The position numbers and the translations under genes are program-made. This document shows positions 58,619 to 61,975 of a stretch of 61,975 nucleotides of DNA, in pieces; position 1 is the first letter of the stretch; each line of letters opens with the position of its first letter. The notes under the pieces are model-generated. The model did no database searches. It had not been told where the DNA came from and saw nothing but the letters and a program-made list of their open reading frames with translations. The stretch covers positions 1-61,975 of the forward strand of contig SXZI01000029.1 of assembly GCA_005788035.1 (NCBI GenBank). Reading direction: 5' to 3'. This DNA comes from Bacteroidota bacterium. GTDB taxonomy: Bacteria > Bacteroidota > Ignavibacteria > Kapaibacteriales > UBA961.

Positions 58619-60463
58619 TTATGATTCTGCTTGTGCTTTTGAACGCTTTGCAGCTCTTTGTCGAGCAGTGGTGTCCAAAATCTTTTTTCTGATTCTCAAA
58701 TTGACCGGTGTTACTTCAAGCAATTCATCATCTTCTATGAATTCAATGAATTGCTCTAGACTCATATCTCTCGGTGGATCGAGTTTTACAATGCCGTCTG
58801 ATCCACTTGCACGCATATTTGTAAGGTGTTTGGCTCGGCATGGATTGACGCTCAAATCGTCTTCGCGAGAATTTTCACCCACAACCATGCCTTCATAAAT
58901 ATCAATTCCTGGTGCAACAAACAATGTGCCTCTTTCTTGGATCATTTCCAGTGCATATGCCGTTGCTGAACCAGATTCCATCGATACAAGTGCGCCTTTG
59001 ACCCTACCAGTGAGTTGTCCTTTGTGTGGCTGATAATCATGGAATGTGTGATGAATGATACCTGCACCTCTCGTTGATGTGAGGAATTCTGTTCTGAATC
59101 CGATAAGTCCACGAGCTGGGACATAAAACTCTGCTCGAATCACATCGGCAGTCGGCATCATATTAACCATTTCCCCTTTTCTTCTTCCAAGAATTTCAAT
59201 AACTGTTCCGATATGTGTATCAGGCACATCGACAATCACATGTTCGATTGGTTCGAGCAATGCGCCCTTTTCATCACGCTTAAACAATACTTCGGGTTTA
59301 GAAACTGAAAACTCGAATCCTTCACGGCGCATAGTTTCAATCAAAATGGCAAGTTGCAATTCGCCTCTGCCAGAAACTTTGAATGTATCAGGAGAATCCG
59401 TTTCCGCCACACGTAATGCTACATTTGTGCGAAGTTCGCGAAACAAGCGCTCTTTGAGTTTTGGCGTTGTGACATGCTTTCCTTCTTTACCTGCAAATGG
59501 AGAATTGTTCACACTGAATTCCATAGCAATTGTTGGCTCTTCGATATTAACATATGGAAGCGGTTCAACATCCGATGGATCCGATATTGTATCACCAATA
59601 TGGACATTTTCAAATCCGGAAAGAGCTATGATTTCACCGGCGGATGCATCAGTTATTTCCTTTCTTTGCACGCCCTCATATGCATACATTTTGGTGATGC
59701 GTTGTTGTTCTACGGAACCGTCAGGACGAATCAACAGAACAGAGTCACCCGTTTTAACGGATCCTGTTTGAATTCTTCCAATTGCAATACGTCCGATATA
59801 ATCGCTCCAGTCAAGAGCAGTGATGATCATTTTGAATGGACTGTCTTGAATGATTTTCGGTGGAGGGATCTTTTCTATGATTTTTTCCATCAATGGTGCC
59901 AATGTTTCCGGTTCTTTGTCCAGAGACAAGGTGGATTTACCTTGTTTGGCAATTGCATAGATAACAGGGAAATCCAATTGATGATAGTCTGCGCCCAATG
60001 CTATGAAAAGTTCAAGCACTTCATCAAGGACCTCCGGTGCGCGAGCATCGGATCGATCGATTTTATTGATTACAACTATTGGTGTGAGAGCTAATTCGAG
60101 AGCTTTTTTTAGAACGAATCGTGTTTGTGGTAATGGACCCTCTGCTGCATCCACGAGTAATAAAACTCCATCAACCATGCTTAGTATGCGTTCTACTTCA
60201 CCACCAAAATCAGAGTGACCAGGAGTATCTACAATATTGATTTTTATATCATTCCAACGCACAGCCGCATTTTTGGCCATGATGGTGATTCCTCTTTCTT
60301 TTTCAAGATCATTGGAATCCATTACTCGTTCGGTGAGAATTTGATTATCTCTAAATGTTCCTGATTGTCTGAGAAGATGGTCAACCAATGTTGTTTTTCC
60401 GTGGTCAACATGGGCTATTATAGCGATATTTCTGATATCGCTTCTAGGGGTGATTGTGCTCAT
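58619..60463 (-). CDS. typA: translational GTPase TypA/BipA
   Basis: [19 protein letters not shown]…[14 protein letters not shown]…NKIDR… 614 aa. Confidence 0.95.
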   Translation of the reverse strand: MSTITPRSDIRNIAIIAHVDHGKTTLVDHLLRQSGTFRDNQILTERVMDSNDLEKERGITIMAKNAAVRWNDIKINIVDTPGHSDFGGEVERILSMVDGVLLLVDAAEGPLPQTRFVLKKALELALTPIVVINKIDRSDARAPEVLDEVLELFIALGADYHQLDFPVIYAIAKQGKSTLSLDKEPETLAPLMEKIIEKIPPPKIIQDSPFKMIITALDWSDYIGRIAIGRIQTGSVKTGDSVLLIRPDGSVEQQRITKMYAYEGVQRKEITDASAGEIIALSGFENVHIGDTISDPSDVEPLPYVNIEEPTIAMEFSVNNSPFAGKEGKHVTTPKLKERLFRELRTNVALRVAETDSPDTFKVSGRGELQLAILIETMRREGFEFSVSKPEVLFKRDEKGALLEPIEHVIVDVPDTHIGTVIEILGRRKGEMVNMMPTADVIRAEFYVPARGLIGFRTEFLTSTRGAGIIHHTFHDYQPHKGQLTGRVKGALVSMESGSATAYALEMIQERGTLFVAPGIDIYEGMVVGENSREDDLSVNPCRAKHLTNMRASGSDGIVKLDPPRDMSLEQFIEFIEDDELLEVTPVNLRIRKKILDTTARQRAAKRSKAQAES

Positions 60464-60495
60464 TACTCTTTATGCCTTTGATACAAAACAAGTTG

Positions 60496-60503
60496 CAAAG
60501 ATA
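60496..60503 (-). promoter_or_regulatory. -7 box TATCTTTG upstream of typA
   Basis: Perfect TAnnTTTG, 32 nt upstream of ATG 60463. Confidence 0.4.
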
Positions 60504-60590
60504 CGGACTTTTGACGGAACTCTTCCCATTATCAATGGCTGAATTCAATGAATTCCATAATTTGTGTTCGAATCAAATGTGGTAAATAAG

Positions 60591-61265
60591 ATGAAACAAG
60601 AAAAGTCTCAAACACTGGAAGCAATGATTATCTTCATTGTGATCATTGCATGGTTGATAGGTGCAATAACCTATATGCAGGCACCTGATATTGTACCTAT
60701 TCATTGGAATTTGGAAGGGAATCCCGACAATTTTGCTCCAAAAGGGATAGGCATTTTTCTACTTCCATTAATCAATACAGGTTTATATGTTTTCTTATTT
60801 TTTATTCCAATGATCGATCCGAACAATCAGCAATTGCAAGGTTCTATGAAAACATTGCAATGGATTCGATTGGGAACGCATGGATTACTTGCAATAATCA
60901 TGGGTTGGACGTCTCTTTCTATCTTGGAATCAACAATCGTAAAACCTGAATGGATTTTTGCGATTGTCGCTCTCTTCTTGGCTTTTTTGGGCAAAGTCAT
61001 GGTCAATGTAAAACAAAACTACTTCGTGGGAATTCGGACCCCATGGACTTTGAGCAATGAGGTGGTTTGGGATGATACGCATCGATTTGCAGCCCCTTTG
61101 TGGTTGTATTCAGGAATACTTATGACGGTGGTCATATCCTTATTGACAATGTCCGGCTTTACTGCGAAAATCATTTTGCCAATGTTTCTTGTTTGGGTTT
61201 TTACTATAGTGATTATCCCCATAGCGTATTCATTTAAGCGTTTCAAAGAACAAAAAAATCAATAA
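60591..61265 (+). CDS. SdpI/YhfL-like membrane protein with DUF1648-like N-terminus
   Basis: …PDIVPIHWNLEGNPDNFAPKG… and …NYFVGIRTPWTLSNEVVWDDTHRF… with 4-5 TM helices. ATG at 60591 is preferred over the track GTG at 60564. Confidence 0.7.
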   Translation: MKQEKSQTLEAMIIFIVIIAWLIGAITYMQAPDIVPIHWNLEGNPDNFAPKGIGIFLLPLINTGLYVFLFFIPMIDPNNQQLQGSMKTLQWIRLGTHGLLAIIMGWTSLSILESTIVKPEWIFAIVALFLAFLGKVMVNVKQNYFVGIRTPWTLSNEVVWDDTHRFAAPLWLYSGILMTVVISLLTMSGFTAKIILPMFLVWVFTIVIIPIAYSFKRFKEQKNQ

Positions 61266-61303
61266 GTGAACGATTTTTGAATCTCAGGTGTTATCTGCAG
61301 TGA

Positions 61304-61915
61304 ATGTATTTTTTCATAGCAGGTGATGCCATGCCCAGATCGACTGTTCAGCCCGAACATATGCAGATCATCGATCAACAGATTTTGGATTCTCAGATAG
61401 AGGGAATTAACCTCTTGGGAGCTACTTTGCAAGAAGAAATGGGGCATTCAATCGTTTTGTTTGTGTTTCTTAGGCATTTTGGATGCTTGTTTTCAAGAGA
61501 GATGGTATTGAATGTAAAAGAAATGATGGAAAAAAACCCATTTGCACCAAAACCATTGTTTTTCTATCAGGGCACCCCAATGGATGGAGCGGAGTTCTTT
61601 TCCAAATATTGGCCTCAGGCACGTGCGATTTCAGATGAAAACAGGAAATTCTATTCAGCCTTTGGCGTAAAACAAGGCGGGTTTAAGGAGATGTTCGGTC
61701 CTGAAGTGTGGAAATGTGGCTTCAGAGCATTTGCAAAAGGCTTGGTTATTGGGAAGCCCATAGGTAATCCACTTACACTTACTGCTGCAGTCCTTGTGCA
61801 AAGGAATTTATTGTTATGGCAATATCATTCTGAGCATGCGGGCGATCTTCCAAATCTTTCGAAACTTGAGCATTTCCCCCAATTCGCTTCTACTGTATAT
61901 TCCACTCCTAGATAA
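61304..61915 (+). CDS. thioredoxin-fold, peroxiredoxin-like (AhpC/TSA_2-type) protein
   Basis: …IVLFVFLRHFGCLFSREMV… is a CxxS variant of the usual GCxxC site. An alternative ATG is at 61331. Confidence 0.6.
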   Translation: MYFFIAGDAMPRSTVQPEHMQIIDQQILDSQIEGINLLGATLQEEMGHSIVLFVFLRHFGCLFSREMVLNVKEMMEKNPFAPKPLFFYQGTPMDGAEFFSKYWPQARAISDENRKFYSAFGVKQGGFKEMFGPEVWKCGFRAFAKGLVIGKPIGNPLTLTAAVLVQRNLLLWQYHSEHAGDLPNLSKLEHFPQFASTVYSTPR

Positions 61916-61916
61916 A

Positions 61917-61944
61917 AAAAGCCGATGCATTGCATCGGCTTTTT
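61917..61944. terminator. bidirectional terminator between the Prx-like gene and the tRNA
   Basis: AAAA-GCCGAT-gcattgc-ATCGGC-TTTTT with A-run and T-run on both sides. Confidence 0.8.
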
Positions 61945-61947
61945 CGG

Positions 61948-61975
61948 TAGCGGGGGAGGGACTTGAACCCCCGAC
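61948..61975 (-). tRNA. 3' part of a tRNA gene (identity not determinable, rest lies outside the window)
   Basis: The reverse complement reads GTC-GGGGG-TTCAAGT-CCCTC-CCCCGCT-A. That is a T-arm with a canonical TTCAAGT-type loop, a 7-nt acceptor 3' strand and discriminator A. It is followed by CCG, so CCA is not fully encoded. Confidence 0.6.

Noticed and set aside
59346-60218. Antisense ORFs of 141, 206 and 71 aa opposite typA
   Set aside because: They lie opposite a highly conserved GTPase gene. The translations are Cys/Ser/Phe-rich shadows, and no promoter box or start context supports them.
1-61975. A search for CRISPR arrays, tandem repeats, IS elements, integrases, reverse transcriptases, toxin-antitoxin pairs or known defence-system domains
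   Set aside because: No intergenic gap exceeds about 240 bp. No spaced direct repeats were seen, and none of the ORF translations carries transposase, integrase, RT, nuclease-NTPase or other defence hallmarks. The window looks like core chromosome.

Overview
This window is a densely packed, mostly housekeeping chromosomal segment with about 46 protein genes, one partial tRNA, roughly 95% coding sequence and many 4-nt ATGA start/stop overlaps. The source looks like a Bacteroidota/FCB-group bacterium. That is an inference from the T9SS translocon SprA (2346 aa), five secreted proteins with T9SS-type C-terminal sorting domains, a type III glutamine synthetase, recurrent TAnnTTTG -7 promoter boxes and weak or absent Shine-Dalgarno sequences. 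I saw no transposase, integrase, reverse transcriptase, CRISPR array, toxin-antitoxin pair or recognisable defence gene, and no unexplained non-coding gap longer than about 240 bp. I did not find a convincing novel multi-gene system. The observations most worth a second look are these. (1) A biotin carboxylase gene (accC-type) carries one in-frame TGA exactly where the invariant Gly of the TEM(I/V)TG(V/I)DL motif should be, although TGA is clearly a stop elsewhere in the window. (2) A phosphofructokinase-family gene has most canonical catalytic and F6P-binding residues substituted, and it heads a tight pfk-like/DUF1844/nadK/HAD-phosphatase operon. (3) A secreted GH2-like protein appears to have both catalytic Glu replaced and is fused to a C-terminal polytopic membrane domain. 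(4) sprA is flanked by a low-GC T9SS cargo gene and a GT9 glycosyltransferase, and there is a separate lipoprotein/S8-protease/beta-propeller-Ig cargo operon. All family assignments come from motif recognition by eye and nothing was searched or computed.
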